Shown: positions 29,656-42,192, counted from the first letter of the stretch. The stretch is DNA of 64,000 nucleotides from Deinococcus sp. (GCA_965261005.1 OZ253375.1:1280001-1344000), one strand, 5' to 3'. Program-made: numbers and translations. The notes: a model not told the origin generated them from the sequence alone.

Positions 29656-30858
29656 ATGACCCAGAGTGGCAGCAACATCGTGATCGTGGCCGCGCGGCGC
29701 ACGCCCATCGGCAGCTTTATGGGCGCCTTTAAAGACGTGCCGGCGGTGGACCTCGGCGTGACCGCCGCGCGGGCGGTGCTTGAAGATATAAACGGTGATG
29801 CCAGCGTTGATGGAAACGATGTTGCCGACGTGATCGTGGGCAACGTCTTGCAGGCGGGCCAGGGCATGAACCCGGCGCGGCAAATCGCCGTGAGAGCAGG
29901 GTTGCCCCAGCACGTGCCGGGCCAGACGGTCAACCGGGTGTGCGGCTCGGGCCTACAGGCGGTCATCAGCGCGGCCCAGGGCCTCAGGAGTGGCGACGGC
30001 CAGCTCTACTTGGCGGGCGGCACCGAGAACATGAGCCGCGCGCCGTACCTGGCCCCCGGGGTACGCGCCGGCTTGCGGCTCGGGAGCGGCACCTTGGTGG
30101 ACTCGATGCAACACGACGGCCTGACCGACGCCTTTCACGGCTACGCGATGGGGATCACGGCCGAGAACATCGCCCAGCAGTGGGAGATCACCCGCGAGCA
30201 GCAGGACCAATTCGCGGCGGAGAGTCAGCGCCGCGCTCAGGAGGCCATAGCGTCCGGCGCCTTTGCAGAGGAAGTGGTGCCCGTCGAGGTGCCCGGCAAG
30301 AAGGGGCCAACCCTGGTCGAGCGCGACGAGTACCCGCGCCCCGGCACCACGGCCGAGACGCTGGGCAAGCTGCGCCCCGCCTTTCAAGAAGGGGGCACCG
30401 TCACGGCCGGCAACGCCAGCGGCCTCAACGACGGCGCCGCCATGCTGCTGCTGGCAACGGAGGACTACGCCCGCGCCAACGGCCTGCCCGCGCTGGGCGA
30501 ACTCGTCTCGTATGCCGCCATCGGGGTGGACCCGGCCGTCATGGGCATCGGGCCGGCGAAGGCAGTGCCCATCGCCCTGCAAAAAGCCGGGCTGAAGGTG
30601 GCCGACGTAGATTTGTTCGAGCTGAACGAGGCCTTTGCGGCGCAGTCCTTGGCGGTGGTGCGCGACCTCGGCGTGGACGCTGACAAGGTGAACGTCACCG
30701 GCGGCGCCATCGCCCTGGGTCACCCTATCGGCGCGAGCGGGGCGCGGGTGCTGGTCACGCTGCTGCACGCCCTGCGGCGCGCGGGCAAGCAGCACGGCGT
30801 CGCCAGCTTGTGCATCGGCGGCGGCATGGGCATCGCCGTGGTGGTGCGGGCGCGCTAG
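29656..30858 (+). CDS. acetyl-CoA C-acetyltransferase (thiolase)
   Basis: [29 protein letters not shown]; leaderless TATAAT 6 nt before the ATG. Confidence 0.95.
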   Translation: MTQSGSNIVIVAARRTPIGSFMGAFKDVPAVDLGVTAARAVLEDINGDASVDGNDVADVIVGNVLQAGQGMNPARQIAVRAGLPQHVPGQTVNRVCGSGLQAVISAAQGLRSGDGQLYLAGGTENMSRAPYLAPGVRAGLRLGSGTLVDSMQHDGLTDAFHGYAMGITAENIAQQWEITREQQDQFAAESQRRAQEAIASGAFAEEVVPVEVPGKKGPTLVERDEYPRPGTTAETLGKLRPAFQEGGTVTAGNASGLNDGAAMLLLATEDYARANGLPALGELVSYAAIGVDPAVMGIGPAKAVPIALQKAGLKVADVDLFELNEAFAAQSLAVVRDLGVDADKVNVTGGAIALGHPIGASGARVLVTLLHALRRAGKQHGVASLCIGGGMGIAVVVRAR

Positions 30859-30906
30859 AAAATACCCCTCACCCGCAAGGGGAGAGGGGGAGTTAGGAGA
30901 GCTGGC

Positions 30907-31098
30907 ATGACCGACCCCCGAGATGACCGCGAAACCGACCTTCCCGAAGTCTCCGAGGAGCGCAGTGAGGGCCTGACCGGCCGCCCCGACGCCCACGAAT
31001 GGCGCCACCTCGACGAGGGGGACGCCCTCAAAAAGGTCCCCGATGAGCTGGGCCGCCTGGAACCCGAAATCAACCCCATGAGCATCGACGACCGCTGA
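30907..31098 (+). CDS. small acidic hypothetical protein (63 aa)
   Basis: SD AGGAGA; hydrophilic D/E-rich sequence. Confidence 0.6.
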   Translation: MTDPRDDRETDLPEVSEERSEGLTGRPDAHEWRHLDEGDALKKVPDELGRLEPEINPMSIDDR

Positions 31099-31404
31099 TT
31101 ACAGCGGCGCGACGTACACCTCGCCGTCCTCGACTTCGGTTTTATAAATGGGCACCGGCTTCACGGCAGGCAAGACTTTGGCCTTTCCCGTCGCCAGCTC
31201 GAACTTGGCCCCATGCTTTTCGCAGGTGACGCGGCCCCCGCTCACCCCGCCCCCCAACAGCGGGTAATCCTTGTGCGAGCAGTTGTTGCGGAGGGCGTAG
31301 TACTGGCCCTCAAAGTTGATGACCACAACGCTTTTTCCCTCCACCATCACGGCCGTTTGGGAGCCTTCGGGCAGCTCGGAGGTGGTACCAACCAACACAC
31401 GCAT
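31099..31404 (-). CDS. Rieske [2Fe-2S] ferredoxin
   Basis: CSH...CEKH Rieske ligands; TACACT 7 nt before ATG 31404. Confidence 0.9.
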   Translation of the reverse strand: MRVLVGTTSELPEGSQTAVMVEGKSVVVINFEGQYYALRNNCSHKDYPLLGGGVSGGRVTCEKHGAKFELATGKAKVLPAVKPVPIYKTEVEDGEVYVAPL

Positions 31405-31450
31405 GAAAGGTAGTGTACGGGAAACGCCCTCCACAACCCGGCCAAGGCAA

Positions 31451-31476
31451 AGCGGCCAACTCCAAAGTTGGCCGCT
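31451..31476 (-). terminator. hairpin downstream of sufD
   Basis: AGCGGCCAACT-CCAA-AGTTGGCCGCT perfect 11-bp stem. Confidence 0.6.
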
Positions 31477-31490
31477 GACCGGACGACTCT

Positions 31491-32861
31491 TTAAACCGCC
31501 CCAACCTTCTCGGCGATCACGTTCTCGATGTACTTCACCACGCTCTGAAGGGGCACGCGCGACAGGACGTCCTCCAAAAAGGCGGTCACCAGAATCTTCT
31601 CGGCGATCTCCTGCGGCACACCGCGCGAGCGCAGGTAGAAGAGCTGTTCCCGGTCCACCGGCCCGGTCGTGGAGCCGTGCGAGCAGCGCACGTCGTTGGC
31701 GTTGATTTCCAGCTGCGGGATGGAGTCGTTGCGCGCGTCGCTGGAGAGCAGCAGCGTCCGGTGCTTTTGATAGGCGTCGGTCTTCTGCGCGCCGAGGTCC
31801 ACCTTGATCATGCCGCTGAAGACACCGCGCGCCTGGTCGTCGAGAACGCTCTTATACAGCAAATCCGAGTGGGCGTGGTCGGCGGCGTGGTGTTGCAGGG
31901 TGTAGTGGTCGAAGTGCTGCTCAGCCGAAGCGAAATTGAGACCCAGCATCTCGCTGGAGCTGCCCGGCCCGCGCAGGTAGCTCTGCATCTCGCTGCGGCT
32001 GAGGGTGCTGCCCATGGTCACGACCAGGCTCTGAAGGGTCGCGTCCCGGGCGAGGTCGCCTCGCTGGCGCTGAATGTGCGTCACGCCCGCGCCCCAGTTC
32101 TGCACGCTGACGTAGCGCAAATTGGCGCCGTCCCTCAGAATCAGCTCCACCGCCCCAAAGGCGAAGGTGCCGGGCAGCTCCGGGCTGTCGTACTCGTCAA
32201 TAAAGGTGACCTTGCTGTTCACGTCCGCCACCACCAGGGTGCGCGTCGCCGTGAAGGTGCCCGCCTCGCCTTGCACCTGAAAGGCGCCCAGCGGGAGTTC
32301 CACCTCCACCCCCCTCGGGACATACACGAAGGCGCCGTTGGTCCAGAGGGCGGCATTCAGCGCGCTGAACTTGCCCTCGGATGGGTCGGGGGACTTGCTG
32401 GGCGTGGTGCCGGGGGCAGCGATGGTCGTATCGTCGGGCACCTGGGCGGGCACGGCGCTGTAGAGGTACTGCCGCACCAGGTCGGGGTGCGACTCCAACG
32501 CAGACTTCAAATCTGTAAAAATCACGCCTTGCGCAGCCAATTTTCCCGGCACGTTCTGGTAGATCAGATCCGGCCCGTCGAAGACCAAGTAGCCGGCCAC
32601 GTCGGTGCTTTGCAGGCGGGCGCGGACGGACTGGGGCAGCTCGGCTTCCCCCGACACCGGCGCCTTGCGAGTCGCGGGCCGCACCGTCCCGAAGTCGAGG
32701 CCGGAGACGTCAGTGTACTTCCAGGCCTCGACGGTCGTGGCCGGCAGCTTCAGGGTGTGAAACAGTTCGAGCGCCGTCTGGCGGTACTCCCCCAGCCACG
32801 CCGGACCGCCGAGTTGCTGGATGGTCTCTTTAGAAAAGGCTTTGTTGATGGTTTGGGTCAT
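31491..32861 (-). CDS. sufD: Fe-S cluster assembly protein SufD
   Basis: [31 protein letters not shown]. Confidence 0.92.
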   Translation of the reverse strand: MTQTINKAFSKETIQQLGGPAWLGEYRQTALELFHTLKLPATTVEAWKYTDVSGLDFGTVRPATRKAPVSGEAELPQSVRARLQSTDVAGYLVFDGPDLIYQNVPGKLAAQGVIFTDLKSALESHPDLVRQYLYSAVPAQVPDDTTIAAPGTTPSKSPDPSEGKFSALNAALWTNGAFVYVPRGVEVELPLGAFQVQGEAGTFTATRTLVVADVNSKVTFIDEYDSPELPGTFAFGAVELILRDGANLRYVSVQNWGAGVTHIQRQRGDLARDATLQSLVVTMGSTLSRSEMQSYLRGPGSSSEMLGLNFASAEQHFDHYTLQHHAADHAHSDLLYKSVLDDQARGVFSGMIKVDLGAQKTDAYQKHRTLLLSSDARNDSIPQLEINANDVRCSHGSTTGPVDREQLFYLRSRGVPQEIAEKILVTAFLEDVLSRVPLQSVVKYIENVIAEKVGAV

Positions 32862-33274
32862 GGAACCTCCGGTTCTTCGGCTTGCCAGTCCGTGAGCTGC
32901 AAACCGGGAATGCGCGAAAAATAGTCCGTGTTGTGGGTGACGAGGGTGGTGTTGTGCCGTAGCGCAGTCGCGGCGATCAGAAGATCGGCGTCTTCGATCA
33001 ACTTGCCCTGAACGCGCAGCGTTTCACAGAGGGAAGCGGCAATATCCACCGTTTCCTCGTCCATTTCTAGCGTGCTGTGCAGGGCGAGCAAGGCGTCAAG
33101 TACGCTGAGGCGACGTTGATAAAGAGGGTTTTGCAACTCCTTACGGGCCTCGTACCGAACCAGTGCAGGAACAGCAATCTCTTCGCCTGAATCCACGGCG
33201 AGCATATAAGTTGCGCGCACTTGCTCGTTGCGCTTTTGAAAGGCGATCAGAACGTTGGTGTCCAGAACCAGCAT
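32858..33274 (-). CDS. vapC: PIN-domain VapC toxin inside the suf operon
   Basis: VLDTNVLI...E...DADLLIAATAL...LVTHNTDYF. Confidence 0.9.
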   Translation of the reverse strand: MLVLDTNVLIAFQKRNEQVRATYMLAVDSGEEIAVPALVRYEARKELQNPLYQRRLSVLDALLALHSTLEMDEETVDIAASLCETLRVQGKLIEDADLLIAATALRHNTTLVTHNTDYFSRIPGLQLTDWQAEEPEVP

Positions 33275-33498
33275 CAGCCTTGCTCGACGCCAAGGGAGCG
33301 GAGTTGCACTCGCCTATTCAGGGCTGCCTCAAAGGCCGCTTCCTCTTCCGGGGTCCAGCCTTCCGCGAAAGCGTCCAACGCTGCGAGGTGACGTTCAACC
33401 CGCTCCCGCCGTTCCTGTTCCAAAAACTCTTGAAGCCGCTGGAGACTTTCCGGCGAGAGCCGATCTATTTGGTCGTGAAGTTCTTTGGGAACGGTCAT
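33274..33498 (-). CDS. putative VapB antitoxin
   Basis: Small acidic protein, TGATG-coupled to vapC; SD AGGAG. Confidence 0.7.
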   Translation of the reverse strand: MTVPKELHDQIDRLSPESLQRLQEFLEQERRERVERHLAALDAFAEGWTPEEEAAFEAALNRRVQLRSLGVEQG

Positions 33499-33532
33499 AA
33501 CACTCCTATACAAATCCGAACCGCAAACGCCA

Positions 33533-33727
33533 CTACCCCAGCCCGAGCCTGCCCTTCATCTCTTCAAGCGAAACGGTCTGCTCGCCTCGGCCCTCACGAA
33601 CGGCCTGCCCGTCGTAAAGGTCTTCGAGAAGTCGCTCGTATTCCTCAACGGGAAGCAGGACGGCAATCTTTTTGCCCTGGGCGTCCGTCACGTACTGATG
33701 GGAATTAGGTTGCTTTGTGGTCGTCAT
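33533..33727 (-). CDS. orphan antitoxin-like protein (RelB/Phd-like addiction module component)
   Basis: QYVTDAQGKKIAVLLPVEEYERLLEDL...VSLEEMK pattern typical of antitoxins paired with RelE/ParE. Confidence 0.65.
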   Translation of the reverse strand: MTTTKQPNSHQYVTDAQGKKIAVLLPVEEYERLLEDLYDGQAVREGRGEQTVSLEEMKGRLGLG

Positions 33728-33760
33728 TCCTGCCTCACGTTTCAACAGCGCAACGTACTA

Positions 33761-33794
33761 AAAAGAGAAGGGAGGGGTGAACCGCCCTCCTCTT
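33761..33794 (-). terminator. possible intrinsic terminator after sufB
   Basis: Minus strand AAGAGGAGGGCGGTTCACCCCTCCCTTCTCTTTT, an imperfect stem plus U-tract. Confidence 0.45.
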
Positions 33795-33803
33795 ATGGTG
33801 TCG

Positions 33804-35207
<1,404 letters not shown>

Positions 35208-35219
35208 GGGGAAAGCTCC

Positions 35220-35477
35220 TTACTCGTAGTGCGAGCGGCAAGCGATAACGGTGATGGCTTCGGGGGTAACGGCATAAACCAAACGGTGTTCGTCGGTGAT
35301 TCGTCTGGACCAGAACCCGGCGTACTCGTGCTTGAGCGGCTCTGGCTTACCACTGCCTTCAAAGGGTGTACGCAGACATTCATCCAGCAGACGGTGAAGT
35401 TTACGAAGCAACTTCGGTTGGTTGGCCTGTATCCAGAGATAATCGGTCCAACCTTTCGGGGTGAATGAGAGAATCAC
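35220..35477 (-). CDS. yoeB: Txe/YoeB toxin
   Basis: PFEGSGKPEPLKH...WSRRITDEHRLVY...CRSHY. Confidence 0.93.
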   Translation of the reverse strand: MILSFTPKGWTDYLWIQANQPKLLRKLHRLLDECLRTPFEGSGKPEPLKHEYAGFWSRRITDEHRLVYAVTPEAITVIACRSHYE

Positions 35478-35755
35478 TTGGAAGGATGTTTCTCAAGCTC
35501 CTGAAGTTCCTGTATGGTCTTTTGAATTGTTTTGCCTTGGCGATACTCTTCTATGGATGCGAGCAAATGCCGTCGGTTCGCCGGATTGGACAGCAGATAG
35601 TCCGTTTCCTTCCAAGACTCATACTGCTTCAGGGGAATCAAGACGACGGCGTCCCCGGAATCGAGCGTCAGCACGGTTTCGTCGCAGTTGTCCACGGTTT
35701 CCTGAGCGATGCGTTCCAGGTGTTCTTTGGCGTACTTGAGGGAGTAGGCGCTCAT
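35474..35755 (-). CDS. yefM: YefM/Phd antitoxin
   Basis: AVVLIPLKQYESWKETDYLLSNPANRRHLLASI; overlaps yoeB start. Confidence 0.9.
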   Translation of the reverse strand: MSAYSLKYAKEHLERIAQETVDNCDETVLTLDSGDAVVLIPLKQYESWKETDYLLSNPANRRHLLASIEEYRQGKTIQKTIQELQELEKHPSK

Positions 35756-35779
35756 AGTATTCGACGGACTCCTTTCTAC

Positions 35780-36247
35780 TTAAAGCTGGGTATAGATCAG
35801 ACAATATTCGCCGGACTGAGGGCGATGAACCACATACGTTTCGTTTGCACCCTTTGAATCGCTGTTGCCGTAAAAGCGTAATTCGGCGTCTGGAGACTTG
35901 AGGAGGGAGGCGCAGGCGTTCCAGCTTTCGTAAATATATCTGGTCGTGGCCGAACTATCCGATACGTAAGGCTGAAGCTTGAGTACCGGTCCGCCCCGAC
36001 CTTCGACGACGGCGGAATAAATCGTGTTGCCGATTAGGAAAGCGCCGTGCTGCTCGCTGAACGTCACCTTTGCCACGCGAGCATTTGAAAAGACGCCGTT
36101 CAAAGCGCGGTTGGGACGCAAGTGGGGAAACACGTTTGAGGCGTAGGTGCGTGCGGCGGCGAAGGTAAGCAAGGGCAAGCCGAGCAGCAGGGCCACGCCC
36201 AAAAGCGCGCCTCGCAGCAGGACTTTTTTTCCGCTTACCGTCGTCAC
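35780..36247 (-). CDS. hypothetical membrane-anchored/secreted protein
   Basis: N-terminal hydrophobic helix, two Cys; SD AGGAGA; lower GC than flanks. Confidence 0.6.
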   Translation of the reverse strand: MTTVSGKKVLLRGALLGVALLLGLPLLTFAAARTYASNVFPHLRPNRALNGVFSNARVAKVTFSEQHGAFLIGNTIYSAVVEGRGGPVLKLQPYVSDSSATTRYIYESWNACASLLKSPDAELRFYGNSDSKGANETYVVHRPQSGEYCLIYTQL

Positions 36248-36279
36248 GTCGTCTCCTAGAGATTGCCTGGATGAATAGA

Positions 36280-36625
36280 CTATTGCCCGGCAACGGCAAT
36301 TGAAGAATCTGCGGTCTTTTCAAGAATGGAACGCAAGGTCCACTCCTGGCTGGAACCGTCGGCGGGCGGATTGGGAATCGCGCGAACATTGATGCTCAAC
36401 TTGTACCGAAAGCCCGGCTCATACGAAAAGCCTCGAACGCTCTGAAGTTCATACTGCCACTTGTCTTCGGGGTGATTCTTGACCAAGAAACAGCTGACCT
36501 CGACGTTTCCAACCGGCTCCCGGCAAGGTGCGGTGTTCTGAGCGACGTACAACGTCCGAATCTCGGGCTGGCTCAGGTTGCCACAAGCGCTCAAGAAGAG
36601 GGCGACGCCGAACACCGCAACGCTT

Positions 36626-36633
<8 letters not shown>
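36280..36633 (-). CDS. lipoprotein, DUF4377-like
   Basis: Lipobox LSAC; PC...CFLVK...W...[12 protein letters not shown]...NPPADGSS pattern. Confidence 0.75.
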
Positions 36634-37381
<748 letters not shown>

Positions 37382-37586
37382 GCAAGCTCCTTAACACTCT
37401 TATTGAGAAGGGTTCCTACTTGACACAGTCTAACAAAACGGGCCGCATAAAGTCGAGTAAAACGCTCGGGATTGCTGTAGCCTCCGCTCACATCGGGCCG
37501 TTCTACCGGGTGGCAGCAGAAGAGACGAATTTGGTTTTTAATCAAATGTTTATAAACCTATGATCTAAGAAGAATGTGCTGAGCAT

Positions 37587-39095
37587 GTGCCATGCTCATA
37601 TGTGAACTTTAATAAAATTAAGAAAGACGCAGGCTTCGGAATTCCGTCCTCATCATGTTGGTCCTCTTCTCCGGGGCGCGCTGGTGCGCTGGGACTCACG
37701 CTGCTGCTGACCCTCGCGGCTTGCTCCCAAGCACCCACTCCCCAGAAAGATAAGCAGGGGCGCACCGCGGGCGCGCTCGTTGAGTCGCAGAGCCTTTTTG
37801 GCATCAAGCCTACGCCCATCATTGACCCGGCGCGCGAACTGGTCATCACCGACCTGAGCGTGACCGAGGACCCGGTGCGCACCACCTACGTTTCTCCCGA
37901 GAAAAAGCTGAGCAACAAGGCGGGCGTCTGGAGCTTCGGCCGCTTGATGGAGCAGATGGCCGGCGGAAAAGACGCGTCCGCGTTGGTGCTGAGCTGGCTC
38001 TCCAACTGGGAGCAGGACCAAAATGTCAACGGCTTTTCCTCGCCCGCACGGGCCAGCATCCGCAGCTTGGTGACCGACCCGTGGCTGGTGGCGAGCGGCT
38101 GTGCGGCCGGCGCGAGCGACTGCCAGCTCGACTTCAGCAAGGCGCCCTTCCGGCTGTTGGCCGTCACCAACCGGCTTGACCTGCGCCAAGTGCAGGCCCA
38201 GGCGCTCAAAAAGAATGGGAAGAAAAAGAAACCGGTTGTGGTGAACGCCGGCGAGGGCCGCTTCAGCTTCGAGGTCATCGGCCCGACCGGCAACCCGCTC
38301 GCCTTTAGCGTCATTCTGGAGTACCGCCAGAAGGCCACCAGCAACAGGGACATCAAAAAGCTCGCGCGCGCGTGGCACAAGCTGGGCAGCATGCCCTTTG
38401 GCGAGGACTACAACGCCGCCTTGCAAGCCCTGACCCTGAGCTTCGCCGGACAAGGCGTGATGCCGGAACGCCCGAACGGCAGCGCCATCAACCAAGTGCG
38501 CACCAACGAGGCCTCGCTCGCGCCGGCGGGCAGCGATCCCAACAACCCGCCCGCCCAAAAGCTGTGGGAGATGCGCGAGTTCAACCTCGGCGCCGACGGC
38601 TCGCTGCACCAAGTCACCGTCAAGGAAAACCCCGACCTCAGCCTGAACGGCTCGCAGGCTTTGGCGGACTTCCTCAATGCCAACCAGCTCAAGGCCAATC
38701 AGGGTGCCGCGGGACCGAAAAGCGTGCCTGATGCGTGGCTGGGCGCCGGCGCCATCACGCCGGCCAACCTGGCTTGGAGCGCGCCCGGCGCCAGCGAGGA
38801 CGCGCGCCACACCTTCGCCATCAACACCTGTGGCGGCTGCCACAAGTCCGAGACCGGCACCAATTTCTTGCACTTCGGCCGGCGCGTTGCCGGTCAGGCC
38901 ACCCCGGTGTCCGACTGGCTCGCCAACACCGACACGCCCCGCCGCGTGGCGGACTTGGCGGCGCTGCTCGGCAAGCATGGCGCCGTAAGCGGCCCCACCA
39001 CGAGCACCAACTCGTCCGGCGCGCTTGAAACCGGCGGCTCGTCCGACGACGAGCCGGTCGTGCCGTCTAACATCGACGCGAACCGCGTTCACTGA
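37587..39095 (+). CDS. putative lipoprotein with a single CxxCH haem-c motif
   Basis: Lipobox TLAAC; NTCGGCH near the C-terminus; start uncertain (GTG 37587 or 37602). Confidence 0.7.
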   Translation: MPCSYVNFNKIKKDAGFGIPSSSCWSSSPGRAGALGLTLLLTLAACSQAPTPQKDKQGRTAGALVESQSLFGIKPTPIIDPARELVITDLSVTEDPVRTTYVSPEKKLSNKAGVWSFGRLMEQMAGGKDASALVLSWLSNWEQDQNVNGFSSPARASIRSLVTDPWLVASGCAAGASDCQLDFSKAPFRLLAVTNRLDLRQVQAQALKKNGKKKKPVVVNAGEGRFSFEVIGPTGNPLAFSVILEYRQKATSNRDIKKLARAWHKLGSMPFGEDYNAALQALTLSFAGQGVMPERPNGSAINQVRTNEASLAPAGSDPNNPPAQKLWEMREFNLGADGSLHQVTVKENPDLSLNGSQALADFLNANQLKANQGAAGPKSVPDAWLGAGAITPANLAWSAPGASEDARHTFAINTCGGCHKSETGTNFLHFGRRVAGQATPVSDWLANTDTPRRVADLAALLGKHGAVSGPTTSTNSSGALETGGSSDDEPVVPSNIDANRVH

Positions 39096-39190
39096 GCATG
39101 CTGCCCGTGGAGTCCTGATGGTGGGGAGTTCTGGACGCGTGAGGACCATCTTCACCCGCCCCAGACACCGATGTGTTAGCTGTAGAGCAC

Positions 39191-39892
39191 ATGAACATCG
39201 CTGACTTGGTTCGGGCGGCGGGGCCGCTGCTGTGGGTCCTTGGCGCGCTCTCCCTCTACGTCGTGTATCTGATCGCCGTGCGAATTCAGGTGCTTTCCCG
39301 GCTCTCCAAGGACCCCACGCTCACCTTCACGCGCGTTCACGCGGCGCTGATGCAGCAGGACGTGGCGGGCGCCCAGCGAGAGGCGGCGCGGCTGGCCTCC
39401 CCGGCCGGCAACGTGCTGCGCGCCGGCGTGGACCGCGCCCCGGCGGGCGTCGCCTCCGCCGAGGCGGCCATGAACGAGGCCATGTTGCTCGAAGAGCAGC
39501 GCCTCTACGCGGGGCTGGGCACCCTCGGCACGGTCGCGCAGATCGCGCCGCTGCTGGGCCTGCTGGGCACCGTCTTCGGCATGGTGCGCTCGTTTCTGGT
39601 GTTCTCGGTGGCGCAGAGTCCCACGCCGGCGCAGCTCTCGACCGGCATCAGCGAGGCGCTGGTGAACACGGCGGGCGGGCTGCTGGTCGCCATCGTCGCC
39701 TACGTGGCGCGCGGCGCCCTGCGTGCGAAGGCCGACGCCGTGGCCCTGCACGCCGAGCGGGCGCGCGAGACCTTGCCCGCCTGGCTGGGCGAGATGCAGC
39801 TGCGGCGCGAAGGGGTGCTGACCGGCGCCCCGATCATGATGTACGAGTTCGATGGAAGCCCCGCGCCGGCCAACGAGGGGGTGCGGGCGTGA
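39191..39892 (+). CDS. exbB: MotA/TolQ/ExbB proton channel protein
   Basis: IAPLLGLLGTVFGMVRSF...GISEALVNTAGGL. Confidence 0.9.
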   Translation: MNIADLVRAAGPLLWVLGALSLYVVYLIAVRIQVLSRLSKDPTLTFTRVHAALMQQDVAGAQREAARLASPAGNVLRAGVDRAPAGVASAEAAMNEAMLLEEQRLYAGLGTLGTVAQIAPLLGLLGTVFGMVRSFLVFSVAQSPTPAQLSTGISEALVNTAGGLLVAIVAYVARGALRAKADAVALHAERARETLPAWLGEMQLRREGVLTGAPIMMYEFDGSPAPANEGVRA

Positions 39893-40317
39893 CCCAGCGG
39901 AGCGTTCGACGGCCGCGCTCCAGGGCGCGGTCGCAGGGGGAGGCGGGCGTCACCTTCGACTTCGCGCCGATGGTGGACGTGGTGCTGCTGCTGGTGATCT
40001 TCTTCATGTTGACCAGCAACTTCGCCGCCCGCCAAAAGGCGCTGCCGCTGGACCTCCCGAGAGCGAGCAGCGCCGTCACCGACAGCGCCCAGATTCCGAC
40101 CGTGAGCGTGGACCGCGCCGGCAAGCTGTATCTGGAGGGCAACCCGGTCACCCTTGCCAAGCTGGAGGCCACTTTGCGCCCGCTGGCGACCAAGTCGGGC
40201 GGCGTGGTCGCCCTGCGCGCCGACGAGCGCGGCAACTACGGCCAGGTCGTGAACGTGATCGACGCGATCAAGCGCGCGGGGGGTGAGCGGCTTGCCCTCG
40301 GCACCCGCCGCGAGTAG
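39889..40317 (+). CDS. exbD: ExbD/TolR protein
   Basis: APMVDVVLLLVIFFM, LDLPRA, LRADE...YGQVVNVIDAIK; GTGA overlap with exbB. Confidence 0.9.
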   Translation: MTQRSVRRPRSRARSQGEAGVTFDFAPMVDVVLLLVIFFMLTSNFAARQKALPLDLPRASSAVTDSAQIPTVSVDRAGKLYLEGNPVTLAKLEATLRPLATKSGGVVALRADERGNYGQVVNVIDAIKRAGGERLALGTRRE

Positions 40318-42100
40318 ACCCGTAACTCACCGCCGCGAGCTGAGTGCGGAGCGGCGCCGGGCGCTGGGCGTCACGCTGGTCCTGCATGCCGCCGTGGTGC
40401 TGGGCTTGCTGGGGTGGCAGCTTTCGCGGCCCGTTCCGGCGCCGCCGGCGGAGGCCCCGCTGGAGGTGGTAACGCTGGCCCCGGAGCCGGTCAGGCCCAT
40501 TCAGGCCAAACCGGTTCAAAACAAGCCGGTCGCCGTCCCAAGACCCGAGGCGGTGCCGACCAAGCCCCTCGGCGTCAAGCCGCCGGTCGTGAAGCCGCCC
40601 GCGCCACAACCCGCCCTTCCCAAAGCCGCCGTGAAGCCGCCCCAACCTAAGCCGCAACCCAAACCGCAGCCCAGCGCACAGGGCGGGCAACCGCGCGCCG
40701 CCCGGCCGGGAACGGCCAGTCGAGAAGCCGCCCGCAGCGCGCCACAGCGGACACCGGCGCCTGCCCCAGCCGAAGCGGCCCCGGCGCGCCCGGCCGGGGC
40801 GCCCAGCACGCCCATCGCGGCGCTGCCCACCCGCGAGCGGGTGCGCGCCCAGGCCGAGGCAGAGGCTCAGCGTCAGGCCGAGCGGCCCGAGCCGGCGCCG
40901 GCGGCTGCGGCGGCGGGGACCTTTCCCAGGACGGCAACGCCGGCGACGCCCGAGGTGGCCGAGGCCCCTCAGCGAACGGCCCCTGACCAGGCCGCTCCAA
41001 ACGCCCAGCCGGAGGCGGCCGTGCGGGTGCCGGCCTTCAGCGCGCCCACGCCGGCCGAGTCCTCCCAGGCCGAGAACGCCGCCCCGCGCGCCGGAACGAC
41101 CATCACCGCGCCGGAAGCGCCCAGAAGCGCCGCGTTGGGGGCGCCCTCTCCCCTGCCCTTAGAACCGGCCAGAACCGCCGAGCTGCCCGCGCCCGCCGCC
41201 AACCGCGAGGCGAGCGCCCCGGTGCAGAGGCCGGCGCCCGAGACGGGCGAGGCCGCCGCGCCGCGCACGACCGCCCCGAAAGTCGCGCAGGCCAGCCCGG
41301 CGCCCACCCGTTCTACGGCGAACGTTCCGGCGGCGTCTGCCAGCGCGGCCCCGCCCCCCACGAGCGCCGCCGAACCGGCCCGCCCAGCCCCGGAGGTGGC
41401 CGCCCCAAGCACGGCGGCGCGCGGGCCGGTCGTCTCGGCCATACCGGACACCGGCCGTGGCCTGGGGGCGGTGGCCGGTCCCAGCGCAGGCAGTGCCAGC
41501 ACGCCGGGGGGGAGGATTACGTCGGATACTGGCGCGGTTCCCCGCCAAGCGCCCCCCGGTCCCAGCGGCGGCGCCGGTGAGGCTGGCTTACCGCGCGGTC
41601 AGACCGGCGGCGGAAACGGCGCCGGCACGGTGGGAGAAGGCGGCCCCGGCCGCCCTGGCGGCTCCGGCTCTGGAAGCGGCGCGGGCGGCGAACAGGGCCG
41701 TGGTCAGGGCGGCAGCGGCGGGACAGCGGCCGGCGAGGCCACCCCCTTCGCCTGCACGGTGGCCGTGGACGTGCGCGGCGCGGGCGGCAACTTCCAGTCG
41801 GCCATGACCTCCTTTGTGCTCGACGCGGGAGGCGCGCAGCTGTGGCCGGACGCCGCCCTGGTGAAGGGTGTGGACTCACAACTGGTGAACGAGGGGAACC
41901 TTCAGCAGTACGTCCGCAGCGAGGCCGACTTGTCCAAGTACCCCGACGTCACCTTGGTCAAAGCCGCCAAAGTGTTGCCGCCCAAGGGCACCCAGGCCAA
42001 GTTCTACGACACGGATGCGGTGCTGGGCGCCGCCGAGGCCGCCAAGTTCAGGGCCGCCGGCAAAGCCTGCCGGGTCGTCTACCTGATGTCGCCCAAGTAA
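40283..42100 (+). CDS. TonB/TolA-like energy transducer with a non-canonical C-terminal domain
   Basis: TM helix with His (TLVLHAAV), long Pro/Ala/Gly-rich linker, ~115-aa globular C-terminus. Confidence 0.65.
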   Translation: MSGLPSAPAASRPVTHRRELSAERRRALGVTLVLHAAVVLGLLGWQLSRPVPAPPAEAPLEVVTLAPEPVRPIQAKPVQNKPVAVPRPEAVPTKPLGVKPPVVKPPAPQPALPKAAVKPPQPKPQPKPQPSAQGGQPRAARPGTASREAARSAPQRTPAPAPAEAAPARPAGAPSTPIAALPTRERVRAQAEAEAQRQAERPEPAPAAAAAGTFPRTATPATPEVAEAPQRTAPDQAAPNAQPEAAVRVPAFSAPTPAESSQAENAAPRAGTTITAPEAPRSAALGAPSPLPLEPARTAELPAPAANREASAPVQRPAPETGEAAAPRTTAPKVAQASPAPTRSTANVPAASASAAPPPTSAAEPARPAPEVAAPSTAARGPVVSAIPDTGRGLGAVAGPSAGSASTPGGRITSDTGAVPRQAPPGPSGGAGEAGLPRGQTGGGNGAGTVGEGGPGRPGGSGSGSGAGGEQGRGQGGSGGTAAGEATPFACTVAVDVRGAGGNFQSAMTSFVLDAGGAQLWPDAALVKGVDSQLVNEGNLQQYVRSEADLSKYPDVTLVKAAKVLPPKGTQAKFYDTDAVLGAAEAAKFRAAGKACRVVYLMSPK

Positions 42101-42192
42101 TTCAGCCAAGTGACTCAGCTCCACATCAGCCGGCCATCATTTATGCCCTCTAGCTTGAACGCGAACCGACGTTCTATTCCCAAGGAGTGCCC

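Noticed and set aside
30865..30891. CCCCTCACCC-GCAA-GGGGAGAGGGG hairpin after the thiolase, resembling a REP half-site
   Set aside because: Single copy in the window; cannot be distinguished from an ordinary terminator or stabilising hairpin
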